Below are positions 1 to 12,869 of a DNA stretch of 64,000 nucleotides, piece after piece. Numbering within the stretch: the stretch's first letter is position 1; the number at the start of each line of letters is the position of its first letter. The notes below the pieces were generated by a model. That model did no database searches and had not been told where the DNA came from. It saw nothing but the letters and a program-made list of their open reading frames with translations. A program made the position numbers and the translations under genes. The stretch is from Cenococcum geophilum (Eukaryota), in contig CP158635.1 of assembly GCA_050273025.1 (NCBI GenBank), forward strand, positions 13,330,001 through 13,394,000, given 5' to 3'.

Positions 1-3000
1 AAAAATTTAGCTAATTAGATAACTTTGACTACTGGTTAAAGTTCTATAACATCTTAACTACTATAAATTTTAATGCGGTAGTTGGCCGTAACTTTAGCGT
101 AACTTTTCCTTATTTTATGCCCAGTCTGGGGGTCCTAGCTTCTTAGGGTGTTACTTATAAAAGCGTTGTATAGCTTATTTGTAACCCTTTAGGTCTTCCT
201 CTAGCTGCTAAGTTATATCCTTATAATATTTCCATTTAATCTTATAAGTTAGGCCCTAGGGGTCTTCGTTATATATATTAAGGATTTTCTTAAACTCCTA
301 TTTGTCTTCTATATTGCCGTTATTATCTCTTTCTGCCACTTGTCCTTATATATTACGGCGCTCTACGGTATTAATATTTACTTAGCCAGGGATCTCTTTA
401 GTAGCTTAGAGGCGGACCTTAGATATATAAAAGGATTTATTTACTTAGATATAGTCTAGGAGGTTTACTATAACTGCCCCTTAGTATACTACGAGTATAG
501 GGTACGGGCCGTCCTATTTATTGTCCTATTTCTTCTTAGGTCTATTTATTTTTATATTTTCTAAGCTAACTATAACTATATTACCTTTATAGAATAACAC
601 GCTCTTATCTCTATAGGTATTAGTATTATCTTTATAGTGTTACTATAAAATCTAGGCTAGGGCCTTAAGCTATATTAATATCCGCTTAAAGTGGTTAGCC
701 ATAGAGTCTACGCGGAAGAACTCCTTCTTTGTTTATGCTAATAGTGTTAGTAAGCGGGGGCTAGTAGGCTTAATTCTAAGGCAAGGGTTAAAGCCATAGT
801 TTATAAAAAACGGGGAAATGCCTATACTTTTATTAACTTAGTTATTCGTAGTAAACTTAGTAAGTAGCAGGTAGTTAACCTAGTCGTCCTATATAAAGCT
901 AACAAAAGCATAAAGGTATTTATTTACGGCGGCGTTAATAATTTTAGTTTAGCCGTCCGTTTCTAGGTACTAGGCTAAGCTTAATTACAAGATTGTCTTA
1001 AGGCGTTTACTTAGTCGTCGCCAGAAGTTACTAACAAATTATATACCGCGATTAGAGATAATTATGCTTAGTGCACCGTAGAGCTTATATATATTATTAA
1101 TAAAGCTATTAACTAACTCCTCTATTAAGAGTCCTATTACTAAAATAAGGTATTATATTTTAGTTAGGCGGTCTATAATAATAAGGATATATTTATATGC
1201 CTTGCTATAGCGTTAGTATACTAGCAGCGTTATGATATAGTTAATTAAGATATTGGTTTATAGGTAGGCGGGTAATTTTAGTAGCTTTAGGAAACCGGGC
1301 GGGGTAGAACGGGGGGTTTTAGTACGAAAGTATAGGGCATAGTCTTTAATAAAGGTAGCCGTAAACTGGGAGATTCCTAACTACTAGTATATTTAGTTTA
1401 AGAGGTTAAGAGTCTTAACCCGGCCAAAGTAACTAGTGGGGCTACTGCTATAAGAGTAATAGGTAACTTCTAGGTAGAGGTCTAGAGTGTTAAGGACGAA
1501 GAGATATTAGCGGAAGTAGATCTGTCCGTTGATAATACTATATTCTAACTTATCGTAACGGAATAATTTCCTAATTTTCTTTAGCTAACGGCAAGCTTTT
1601 TAATTACGTAGGGCTGCCACTATATTTCTTACGAGTTTGTTCTCCTAGTATCCTAGCCAAATTAACTTGTCTAGTGACTTTTCGGCTATTTTGGGGTCTA
1701 GAGCGGCTATAAACTCTGTGTTATTAAAGTTACGGGACTTATATAGTAATTCTTCTAAAATTGTAGGGTTAACTTTCTAGGGCGGTATAATAACTTAGGC
1801 TTAGTAGCGGAGGCGTTTATTATTAGCGTCCTTAGGCCTTATTCCTAGTAGCCAGCTTAGGGCGTTAGGGAGCGTAGCTTTACTGCTAGGTCTATATATA
1901 ATTACAAAGTTAAACTATAAAAGGAACTCTGCCTACCAGACTTAGCGCTAGTTTAGCTACTTAGTAGTTATAAACATCTATAGGTTCTTATAGTCGGTAA
2001 TAATTTTAAACGGCTCCTTAGTCCCTTATAGCTTAGGACGCTATTCCTCTAAAGCCTTAATAATAGCTAGGAGTTTTTTATTATAGATCTTATAGTTACA
2101 TTCTAGCGCAGAGTGCTTTACAGAGAAGAATGTAACTAGTTTTAATTTTCCGTTGTTATTATACTGGGAAAGGACTCTGCTGGAAGCCTAATTCGATATA
2201 TCTATCTTTACTACTATTTTCTTTATATAGTTATAGTATGCTAGTACTAGTGCTAAAGTAAAGGCTCCCTTAAGGGCCTTAAACGATTTAGCTTATTCTA
2301 GTCCCTATAGCCATTTAATATCCTTCTTTATAAGTTTTGTTATAGGTATAGCGATGGCAGAGTAGCCTTAGATAAATTGTTAGTAGAAGTTTATAAAGCC
2401 AAGAAATTATTATAGTTCTTTAATTAATGTTGGGTCCTTTTATTCCTATAAGGCCTATATCTTCTTAGGGTCTATAGTTATACTATTAGTTAAGATAATT
2501 AAGCTAAGGTATTTTATTTTAGTAGAGTAGAACTTAGACTTATTAATATTAATCTAAAGTCCAGCATTACTAAATCTTTGGATGACTTTATTTATATACT
2601 TAGTGTGCTTGGCACGTGTTTTAAAAAAGATAAGGATATTATTAAGGTAGGTAGTATAGTAGTTGTTAAGGGCGTTATATAGAATATGGTTAATATAGTT
2701 TTAGAATATAGTGGGTATATTATAGAGGCTAAATGGTATAACTAGTATCTTATAGAGTCTGAACTGGGTAATAAATGCTATAAGCTACTTATAGCCCTTT
2801 ATAATCCGGATCTGGTTAAACGCAGCAATTATATTAAGTTTAGTAAAGTACTTAGCGCTATAAAGTGCGTTAAATATCTCGCGGATTAGTGGCAGTAGGT
2901 ATCAATTCTTAATAGTAACTATATTTAGGCCTCGGTAGTTATAGTAGATTTATATACCGCCACTAGGCTTAGTAGCAAGGAGGAGTGGTATAGCAGCTAG

Positions 3001-6000
3001 TAAGGTTAATTTGCGGATAAAACCCTTATCCAGCATCTTATTAATCCACTTCTTTATACACCTAAGTTTAGCAGGTAAAAGTAGTCTATTTTTATAGTAC
3101 GGGGCCTAGTTTTTAGGGGTGATCTTAATTTTATAGTCCTATAGTTAGTAAGGGGGCAGCTTATCTACGTTTTTAGGGAGGAAGTGCTTAATATATTTAC
3201 TAAACTCCTTTAGTAGGCGTTATAGAATATCTTTACGGGTCAATCCTAGTTTACCTTTTAGGAATTTTTTAACATTAGTGTTAACTATCTTCCAATATAA
3301 AAGCTTGGGTTTAGTTTTTAGATTTATCTTAAGGAAGTTATAGAAATAGGGGGAAAGCGCTTTATAGGCTTCCTTTATTATATAGTCGCCTTCTACTAGC
3401 TAGTAGAAAGACCTTTCTAATAAGTTTGGTACTTCTATTAGGCCTATAGGCAGCTCTTTAAGCAGCTATTAGTACTTATCTTATTTAACTAGTTCTACTA
3501 GCTCCGCTATATAAATCCTTATTACCTTTATATCTTTTTATTTACAGAACTAGGTAAAATTAATAGCATAGGTGCATTTAATATTGTCTAGGTTAGGGCG
3601 TATCTAACTCTCTAGTGCTACGGCTAGGCTAGCACGGCTTAGTTGGCCCAGGGGGGCGGAAACAAGGCGGCGGCCCTATATAGTACGCGCGGGAGACGGG
3701 TATAAGGTTAGGCGTTGCAGTAGCGCGGTTTCTATTATCCGGGTCTTAGTAGTTCTATAGCCAGTCCTTACTATAACGCGAGCTGTAGTATGCGTATATA
3801 GTATATAGCTTAGTTCTGGGTATTAGGCTAAGTAGCTAGGGTTTAAATAATGCCTAGGTTAGGGTTAGTTTCTTAGTAGTAGCAGTATAAAGCAGACCTT
3901 CTTCCTTAGTCTTAGTAGGGCTGGCTAGCCCATTATTTTAGTCTTAAGTACTAGGTTAGTCTAGTCTTCCACTATCTTATTTCTTTGCAGCTATATAGGC
4001 TCCCCTTTATTAGGAACGTCTTCTACTATTAAGGCTTTATATATAGTCCTAGGCACTAGGCTTAGTAGTGCTAAGTATCTATATAGGGCGTCCCTGCTAA
4101 CGTCGGCTATCCCCTATAGGAGGTAGTGCCTAGAGTAGTAGTCTAAGTTAAAGCGGATCTTAAGTTTCCTAAAGCTAGGATAGGGCTTGTACTTCTAAAG
4201 CTAGGGCATACCTAGGATAATTAGGGTAGTAGGTAAGAGTTTAGTAATAAAAAAGAGCATAGCTTTAGTATAGAGGCCGATTAATATTTAGGCGGTAAAG
4301 TAGTTTATAATAAGTGAAGTTAGGATGCTGTCTGCGAGGTGTAGTGGCCTAGGTACTAGCAGCTTCTTAGTTATAATGTTATACTTTCTTATAATAGACT
4401 CTGCGTTAGTAAATACTATTATAGTACTACCGGAGTTTACTAGGCTTACTATATTAATATAAACTTAGGGGTATAGGTTACGTAATAAGGAGAGTTAGGT
4501 TTAAATAAGGATTAATTTCTTATTACTATTTACTGATCTAAAATTAAGTGGTAGTTTACTAATAAAAAGGACTAATTAATCTAGTAACAGGGACCTAATC
4601 TTCTTATCTTCCTCCTTATATAGTTTAAACCCTTAGGCGCAACTTAGTCTAAGGATTTACCTTTTAACGACTAGGGTATAAGGCTGTCTTAACGGGGCGG
4701 TCTAGTGTCTATCTGGCTAGCGGTGTCTATCTCTATTTTGGTTAGGGTATAGGAAGATAATACCTTACTAACGACGTGGCTGTGTTTGTATTTGCTAGCA
4801 TAAAGTTACTAATACTAGGCGTTATTAACGGGTTAGGCTCCTATATAGGGTATAGTTTAAAGTAACTAAGCTATAGGGTTAAAGGGGGGGGGTCGTCTGC
4901 CGCGGCTATAATAGGCTCCGCGGTCGCCGCGTTTATAATAGACTTTATAGTCGCCACGTCTGCGGTTATTTATTTACGTTATTTAATAGGGTGGCATTAG
5001 GACTAGGTTTGCTGTCTTAGTGAGGTTATAGGTATCCTTTTAGTAGCCAGGCAGGCCATAAGTAAGGCACAGTTTATTATTAACGTGGCGCTTATGTTCT
5101 GTGTCTAAGATTTTATTAAGGTCTATAGGTTCTCTAGTTACTACTAGGGTTAGGGTTAATATAGGGGCAGGGGCTTAAGCAGGTAGGCGGTGGTTAGTAT
5201 TCTTCTTAAGGTTAGCTTAGTGTGTATAGTTCGCGAGGTTTTTAGTAAATATATTTATCTGCTTACTCCAACCTATATAGTTACTGTTATTAATTTTATA
5301 GGCTAGTCTAAGTACCAGCTCTTCTATCTTTAGAGAGATAAACTTTTAGAGTAGGTCCACCTTCTATTTATCTATCTTCTTAGCGCGGACTATTAGCTTA
5401 TTAAGCTCTCCCTTCTAGGACTAGTAATTACGCTCGCCTTAGGGGAAATAGTTAAGCTTATTCTTTGCGACCTAGGTTATATTAAGGACCTTATAGTAAG
5501 TAGTAAGGTCTTTAAATATATCTTCCTTAGTAGGCTATTTTTACGTAGATATATTGTTTAGGTTCTTATATATAAGCTCTAGGCCCTACTTAATAAACTT
5601 ATAGGCCTTATTCTCTAGTATATCTAAGATGTAAAGGATCTGGGACTAAACTATATTAAAGTAGTCCTAGTCCTAGTTAAAGACTCCCTTAATCTTAATA
5701 TACTAGGTCTTAAAATTAGCTTATTATTCTAGCGGGGTACCTTTTCCGCTAAATATTAGCGGGTCTTTAGATCTCCGTTTTTTCTGCTAGGTTACTACCG
5801 TTATTATAGGGGTTAATTGTTTTAGAACGGTAATAGTCTCTATCTAGAAGTTAATAGTTCCTATTTGGGAAGCGATAAGGGTACTAAGGTTTTCGTTAGC
5901 TTTTTTATTAGCGGTGTTTGTATTATATATACACTATAGTCCTACTTTAATATTATTAAGGAACTTATTAGTATAGTTAATAAGGGTAAGGTAAGCTTTG

Positions 6001-6492
6001 CTAGGCTTAAAGGTCTTAGGGTATAGTAGGGAGCAGCGGATTGTCCACGCGATATTAGGGTATATCTCTATAAATAGGTCTACAAAAACATCGCAGGGGT
6101 TCTAGGTTTCGGCTATTTCGGCGTTATTAGTGTCGCCCATCTAGGTACTAGGTAAAAACTAAGGATTATTCTAGGACTATGCTAGGGACGTGTTGGTTTT
6201 AGCAGAGGCGTATATAGGTTATAATTGCTCTAAGGCGGAGGTTAATTAGCTAGGGTACGGGGAATCAGTGATCGCGATAGGGCGTAAATTAAAGATACCA
6301 CAAACTGTCATAGTGCTGCAATAAAGTAGACTAAATAACTACGTTATGGTATAAAGAGGGGAAGAAGGTAGAAAGGGGGTATTATATATAAATAGTAGGG
6401 CCGGCCGCCAAGTCGCTAGTGGTGGGCCAGCTAACAGTAGGGAATAGTACGAGACAGTATGAAACAGTATGCGTCAGGTCAGTGCCGTGACA
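1..6492 (-). mobile_element. Ty3/gypsy chromovirus family A, copy 1 (RIP-inactivated; 3' LTR lies left of the window)
   Basis: Reverse complement of 22389 to ~28880. The 5' LTR is at 6306-6492. Gag, protease, RT, RNase H, integrase and chromodomain relics lie on the minus strand. The TSD cannot be checked because the other end is outside the window. Confidence 0.93.
6306..6492 (-). repeat. LTR of gypsy family A (187 bp)
   Basis: TG...CA termini; reverse complement of 22389-22575 and 29118-29304. Confidence 0.95.
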
Positions 6493-8798
6493 GCCTATTA
6501 GGATATACTAAAGATGCGAGTAGCTAGAGCTTAAAGAAAAATCTAAGACAAGAAGAAGCTTAATATAATAACTTAAGCACGAGATAACGTAATTTAGGGT
6601 ACTATATTACTGCTATACGGCGACAAATTCTATGCAAAAAATAAGCAGGTAACCTGTATTTAGAGGCTAATCTATAATCGCATTAATATTATCCTTATTA
6701 TATAAACTGGCTTTAGTAAAAGCCTTATTATACAAGTAATTTTAATCCTTTATAAAAATACTATATTGCTAATATTTCTTCCTCTAAATAAGATTGCAAA
6801 AGAGCAAGTTTAAAAGGTTAATTAAATTGGTGGTAATGCGCTACTCCTTAACGCCGACGTTAAGGATATAGATAAAGCGCTTAAGAATGCAAGAGCCGGC
6901 CTATATATTTATATCTTTATTAGTCCTAAGCTTACTAGTACACCATCTTTCCGAGATTTACTTAAAGACCCTAAGTTTAAGAAGTAATTGGCCTTAGTCG
7001 CTGTTAATAAAGCTTATCTTGTTATATAATAGGGCAAGAAGTTTTGCCCCAAGTATGCGCAGCTATGCTATATACGCAATCTAATTAGAAGCTTAGTTCT
7101 ATAGTTTACCTATTCTATAACTTTTAATCCGGAAACGTTAGAAACGGTAAAGAAGTCCTTAGGCTTTAATAACACCAATATATACCTTAAGTAGACTTCT
7201 ATTTCCCGTAGAGAGCTTGTCTTTCGTCTTAGCTAAATACTAAAGGATATAATTACTAAATATACCTCGCTTCGCTTCCTTCTTAATAAGGCTGTCAATC
7301 CTCTAACTATTAAAACATATATTAATCCTGCCGTCTTTTAGGGAGGGAGCCGCTTAGCTACTCCGCATAAGATTCTAAAGACTATTACATTCTTTAACAC
7401 TAGAGTCTAAGCTATAGAGGCGCATAAAAGCATATCTAAGTACCTACAGTAGCTATATTTAGCTTAATATACTAAGAATATCACCCGCTTAATTATGGCC
7501 GTATTCCATTAAACAACCTTATTATTTAGCAAGAAGTTAATACTAGATAAGTTTAAGAAACTAGCAGAATCTTCTAAGATTTAAATTATTTTTGCTATAG
7601 AGGCTATTAGGATTAGTGTTAATCTTCTAGACGTCTATAGAGTGGTTATATATGTAATACCGGCGCTTAAATAACATTTCTCTTTTCTTCTACAGCGTGG
7701 TAGTTAAGCCGGTCGCAATGGTAGAAGGGCTAAAGTAATCTTTTTATTTAAATACTGGTGCTTTAGTAAATAAGACCTACTCCTATAGCTAAAGCCGAAG
7801 GTAGTATACCGTTTAAATTCTCGCCGACAGTAATAGTCTTACGCACTATTATTCTACCCCTTTTCTACCTCTTAGCCATTACCATCACGCGGATCCCAAT
7901 TACCGTTAGTTAATTCTATAAACTCGGACGACTTATTAGCCAGCGACACTATCTAGTTAAAGTAGGGAGGTAAAAAGGAAAACAAGTAGAAGCGTATAGA
8001 GATAAGAGATAAGTTTTTCCAGCTATGTAACGATTATAAGTATATTAAAGAAACACTATATAAGTATTTCGCCGAGCTTAACGCTTTAATTGCTGCCAAT
8101 ACTAATAAAGGCTCCTGCTGTAGTCACTATAATAACTCCCTTTAGTTAAGAACGCCCAAACGTAAAATATATAATAAAAAGGGGGCAAATCTGGATGCCA
8201 AAAAGAATTATATCCTTAAGAGACTTTAGATATAGGCTTAGACATCAGCAGTACCTATAGCTATTAGTAGATCTACTCTATTTCCAATATATTACACTAT
8301 TGCCGTTCTATATACTATGCTATATTAAATAGCATATTAATTCCACCTAATTACTATATATGAACACCTTAATAACTATATAAACAAATAGGAGCACGCA
8401 GATCTACTATCTAAAAGTCTATAGCAGAAGCTGTGTACGGCCAGTCTTAAATATAATTATATACTACACCCTTCTTTATAGGGTATAGATGCGATATTTA
8501 GGATTTCTAGTATTAATCTAACGCTAAGCTAGAGTTAAACTTTATTAATTAACTCCCTGTTTAATACTGCTATATCTACCGCTATTACTAGTTAAGCTAT
8601 ATTAGTTGCTACCGTATCCGCTATATAACCGCGACTCTCTTTAAGCCTACCCCCGCGCCAGTCTCCTCTGCGCAATACTTAGGTACTATTACCTACAAAA
8701 TATAGCCCATTAAGCTTATAAAGCCTAAATATGCAATATATCTAGAATATACTAGATATAAGAAAGAGAAAGAGGTTTTAGTCATTGTCGCGGTTATA
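6493..8798 (+). pseudogene. RecQ-like superfamily 2 helicase, RIP-degraded (candidate AcademH helicase)
   Basis: De-RIPed motifs occur in order: TGFGKS (6706-6723), PL..IAKEQV, SPE, VAVDEAHLV..WG.KFRP.Y (~7000-7055), ATEAIGIGVNLPDV (~7593-7635), QRGGRAGR (7693-7716) and a Cys cluster (~8026-8130). The 5' end abuts the gypsy LTR; boundaries are approximate. Confidence 0.88.
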
Positions 8799-9229
8799 AA
8801 GGGAAGGTAAGTTATTACTATTCTAATAATATTTTTGCACCCTATATGTTCCGCTAAGCCCTATTACTAATAAGCTGTTTAATATATATATAGTAGTATA
8901 TAAGGAGCTTTGGCTTTATAACTAGATTAATATTACTGCTATTATAGGTAGTATAGAAGGGCAAAGCCCGACACTAAAAGATAATACTTAATTAAGTATT
9001 GTAAATATAAGAACGGAATAACTTAAGTTATACTAGAGAAGTCGTTAATTAATAGAGGGTAGAGGAGAAGTTATATTAAGGTAAGGTAAAGTTAAAACCT
9101 AAGCTCTTTCTAAAATATATATAACCCTAAGTCTTATATATGTAATAAAAAAACGAACCAAAATAACTAAGGGGCATTTAACACCACTATATTACCTCCC
9201 CTACCTAAAACGTTGTCCCCTAACGTTTC

Positions 9230-12200
9230 CTTATATCTCCCAAAGTGGGTAATAAATGCCCTAAAAAAGAAGACACCTTAACGCCTAATACTCCTCCAAC
9301 TTATCGAAAGCTGCCTATACTCCCTCCTTAATTATTGCCTCTACTTCTTCCGTATTATCCTTATCTATTATACCTTCTACTTTAAGTTCTGCACTCCTAT
9401 TATCCTACATATTAATATCTCTAGCTTAGAGGTTTAAAGATACTCTTTCTCTAACAGTATATATTTCTGCTTATATTTTCTTTTATAAGGGAGATTATAG
9501 AATACTAGAGTTAATTACCTACTCTCCTAAAGCAGCACCCCTTTCTGAAATTGGTAAAGGCGTTAGGCGGTATAATGCTGCTAGTTTATTAGTGTCTTCT
9601 AAGGTACTAATAACTTTTAATAATTGTTTAGGGGCAGTATCCCAGAGGCTATCTCCCTTAGGCTTACTTAGATCCTTTAATTTACGATTAATCTCTATAG
9701 GCACTACTTTGTTATTAAAGATATTAGGACTAAGGTTTAGAGCAGTAGTCCTAGCGCCTTAAGGCGTAATAGCCCTATTCTCGCCTTTAGTATAGCCTTT
9801 GGAACTATGCTTGGTTAACAAAGAAGCGCTAAAAGTTATACCCTCGTTTTCTGGATCTGAACTTAGGTCTTTAAGGTATTCTAAGTCATCTACGGGACGC
9901 CCATAGCCTTGTTCTTTTACTAAAAAGTAAGACCTTACCCTAAATACCTCTTATTTAAATTCCTTAAGCTCTTTAAAACTGTTACGAACAGCCTCAGTAA
10001 CACGCGCCCTATGTCTTTCCCAAAATGCTTCGTATTCATTATTTAAGGTAGAATTTAGAATTACCCGCTGTTTTGCCCTTACTTAAGGATTATCTTATAA
10101 AAGTCTTCCAACTAAAGCATTTAAAAGGGCACTCTTTGCCTGCAGTTATATATAGGCTGGGAATTTATATAAAGGAATACTAGTAATAGGTTCGCTAGTA
10201 GGAGTTAAAACCGGGGGAAGACTAGTTAGATTTATCTATATAACCTCCTACTAGCTCTTAAGCCTAGGGATTTCTAATTTCCTAGTATTTGGTAGGATTG
10301 CGATTAAGTTTAGAGTAACAATTAAGCGGCTTAATGTTGCTTAAGATGCTCCTTATGTAATAGTAGCTTTTATAAACCGTACTTCTTTAGTTTTTAACGC
10401 AATAGGCATCTAGTTAAGCTTAAACCTCTTAGCATTAGCCCTAGTCCAGGCCGTCTCTATATTCTTAATACGCCCCCTACTATTAAGTTCTCCGCGCTTT
10501 TAAAGTAAATCTACCTATTCTGGTATATACTGATGCATTCTAGGTAGGAGTTCTGCATAAGACTAACTCCCTTCCTTAACTAAGGAAATACAAGAATAAA
10601 GCTAGCTATCTCTAGAATTTGGCCCTCCTTCGCGTACCTGGAGAAGATTAATTTCTAAGTTCCGTTTTTTAGGAAGATGGCTATTAAGAAACCGGAGCGC
10701 GTAGCTTAGATATGTAATGAAATGAGTAGTATTATTAGTGCGTAAAGCTATAGTGTGTCTATAGTGCTCTAGATCTATATAAACTACCTATTATAGTAAG
10801 GAATAATATATAGTCTGGAGGATATCATCTTTCTCTTCCCTAGTAGTCTTTCGTAAATGGTGTGCGTATATATTAAACTCTTCCTTAAAAATACCTAGAA
10901 TTCCAACGTCTTCCTACTATTTAAATAAATTGGCGTGGTGGATTCTGAGCAGGTCCTATTTAAGTTCCCCTTTTAAGCCTAATATAAGCTTTTTTAATCC
11001 TACGCGGTCTACTAGATAATTGCTAGGCTATATAGTAGAATAAGCGTAAATTCCGAGGTTATTATTTATATACTTTAGGCGACTATTCTTTTTAAACTAG
11101 AAATAGGAGCTTTTAGCTATCTAGAGAATATTAACAGTATTATAGTTCTTAAAGACTAAGTGGATTTATAAATATAAATTAGTAGAAGAAACGCTAGTAT
11201 CTAATCCTAATAACCCTGCCATTTTCTAAAGATATATCTAGCATAACGCGCGGACTTCTGTTCTATTTCCTTGCCAGGCTGTAATAAATTAGTGTAAAAT
11301 AGAAAAGATACTATCTTTTAGCTCTTTCTTGGAATTAAGGGCCTTAATTAATTCAGCTAGCGTTTTAGAATAATACAAGTATTTTATTTTCCGCTTCGGC
11401 TATACTTTTACAACAATCACCTCTTCTTTAGCAATTATTGTTGCTTTTTCCTTCCGCCTATTAGCTCTACCAGAAGCTAGAGGCTCCGTAGGTCCTATCT
11501 TTAACTTTTTTCTTAGGGATTTCTTAGAAGCTTTCTTAGCCCTACGTTTCTATAGGGAGCTAGCGACAAGGTTATCCTCTAAAGACGTAAATTTATTAGA
11601 TTTGGAGTCTTCTCCTTACGCTTTAGGTACCTTGCCTCTAAATAGAAACGAGCTACACAGCATTCTTACGTTTAAGCCTTTAACCTCCTTAAAAGGTAAT
11701 AGTAGAGGTGCCGGAGCAACTGGCTCTAGTGCAGATTTCTCTTTAGTTTTAATAGTTAAGGCTAGCACTAAAAGCTTATAGCCTTAGCTTAGATAACAAA
11801 CGAGCTTCTATTTCTTAATTAACTCCTTATTAACTACCGATCTGAATTTATAGGCGGTAAGAAAGTCTAAGGGTATTAGGTATAGGGTCCTTAAGATCCT
11901 AACCTTTAAGAGTTCTAGGCGGCTTAGTATTATATTATTAATTATTTCTAATATATCTTTCTTAGAGATCTAACTTTTTTTTACCTAATTAATAAAGATA
12001 TAGATACTTTTTAGTGTATAATACGTGTAGAAGAGCTTATAGGGACCTTCTAAAAGTTCCTCTCCCTACTCCTTTTTAATTGTATTTCACACCGCCTTAA
12101 TCTTATTAATCTTATAGGTAATCTTAGAGAGCTTTTTAATGTCCGCAAAGGCGTTTTCCTAATCTTTATTTCCCAAATTTCCCTTAAGCTTATTATCCTT

Positions 12201-12467
12201 CTTAATCTTAACCATTGTATTTTTCGCAGCCTTAACTACATTATGCTCCTGGTTTATAATAGCCTATATTAAACCATAATAGATATTTACGCGCTAATTA
12301 ACTGGGTGGCTTTAGGCGGCCCTAAGAATAACCTCTATTATTTGCGCCTTTCCTTAGTATATAAGGGCCATTAACCGGATAGTAGAAGGCAGAGGCGCGG
12401 GAGGCAGAGGCATAGGAGGTAGAGGCGGCGGCTTTCCTTTTAAGCGGAGTTCCATGGTTCTAGACAT
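9230..12467 (-). pseudogene. Unknown ~1000-aa protein, copy A; Pro-rich N-terminus and a possible degenerate PhyH/2OG-Fe(II) dioxygenase-like central domain
   Basis: ATG at 12467 gives MSRTMELR.KGKPPPLPPMPLPPAP. One long frame is broken by RIP-type stops. The central region reads LFEWW...EEFDMYAHHLRK...SLLQQAV.MDPEHY...ALR...YPSYA...CISL.EE...ELLPGMH...EVRF. The 3' end is approximate and the domain call is unverified. Confidence 0.6.
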
Positions 12468-12671
12468 TTTTATAGTAATATTTCGTATGCGTAACGGGCG
12501 TATAGGTAGTATTTTAAGACAAGAGTTATAATAGTGTTTTCTTAACGTGAGAGAAAAGTAAATAGGTATATATAACTAAATAAGACGAGATAACAAGAAA
12601 TCGAAATAAAGGCCTTATAGTATTTTTTAGAAAAAGGTAAATTAAAAAGGACTGTTATGTGAATTATTAAT

Positions 12672-12734
12672 ATATTAAGGAACTTTAACCGGCGGTCAAA
12701 GTTATTTAATTAGTTAGATTTTCCTTGCCAAGAC
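12672..12734. promoter_or_regulatory. Palindromic ~60-bp motif (AACTTT[G/A]ACC-N3-GGT[C/T]AAAGTT plus conserved flank), about 200 bp upstream of the cassette gene ATG
   Basis: Hairpin at 12681-12703. Further copies at 31066-31088, 28839-28861 and 21-43. A regulatory role is inferred only from position. Confidence 0.4.
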
Positions 12735-12869
12735 TTTTCCATAATAATAACATTAGTTAGTACTAAAAATTGACTTTAACCTCTAATATGCTTAACCAAG
12801 GTTTCTTAAAGTAAGTAGCTCTTCTCTTAACTTAAAAGGAAATAAAAATGCTAAATTAAAAATTATAGA

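Noticed and set aside
6493..8798. Telomere-linked helicase or host SGS1
   Set aside because: There are no telomeric repeats in the window, the gene is RIP-mutated like a repeat, and it faces an Academ-like transposase. A telomere-linked helicase origin is not formally excluded.
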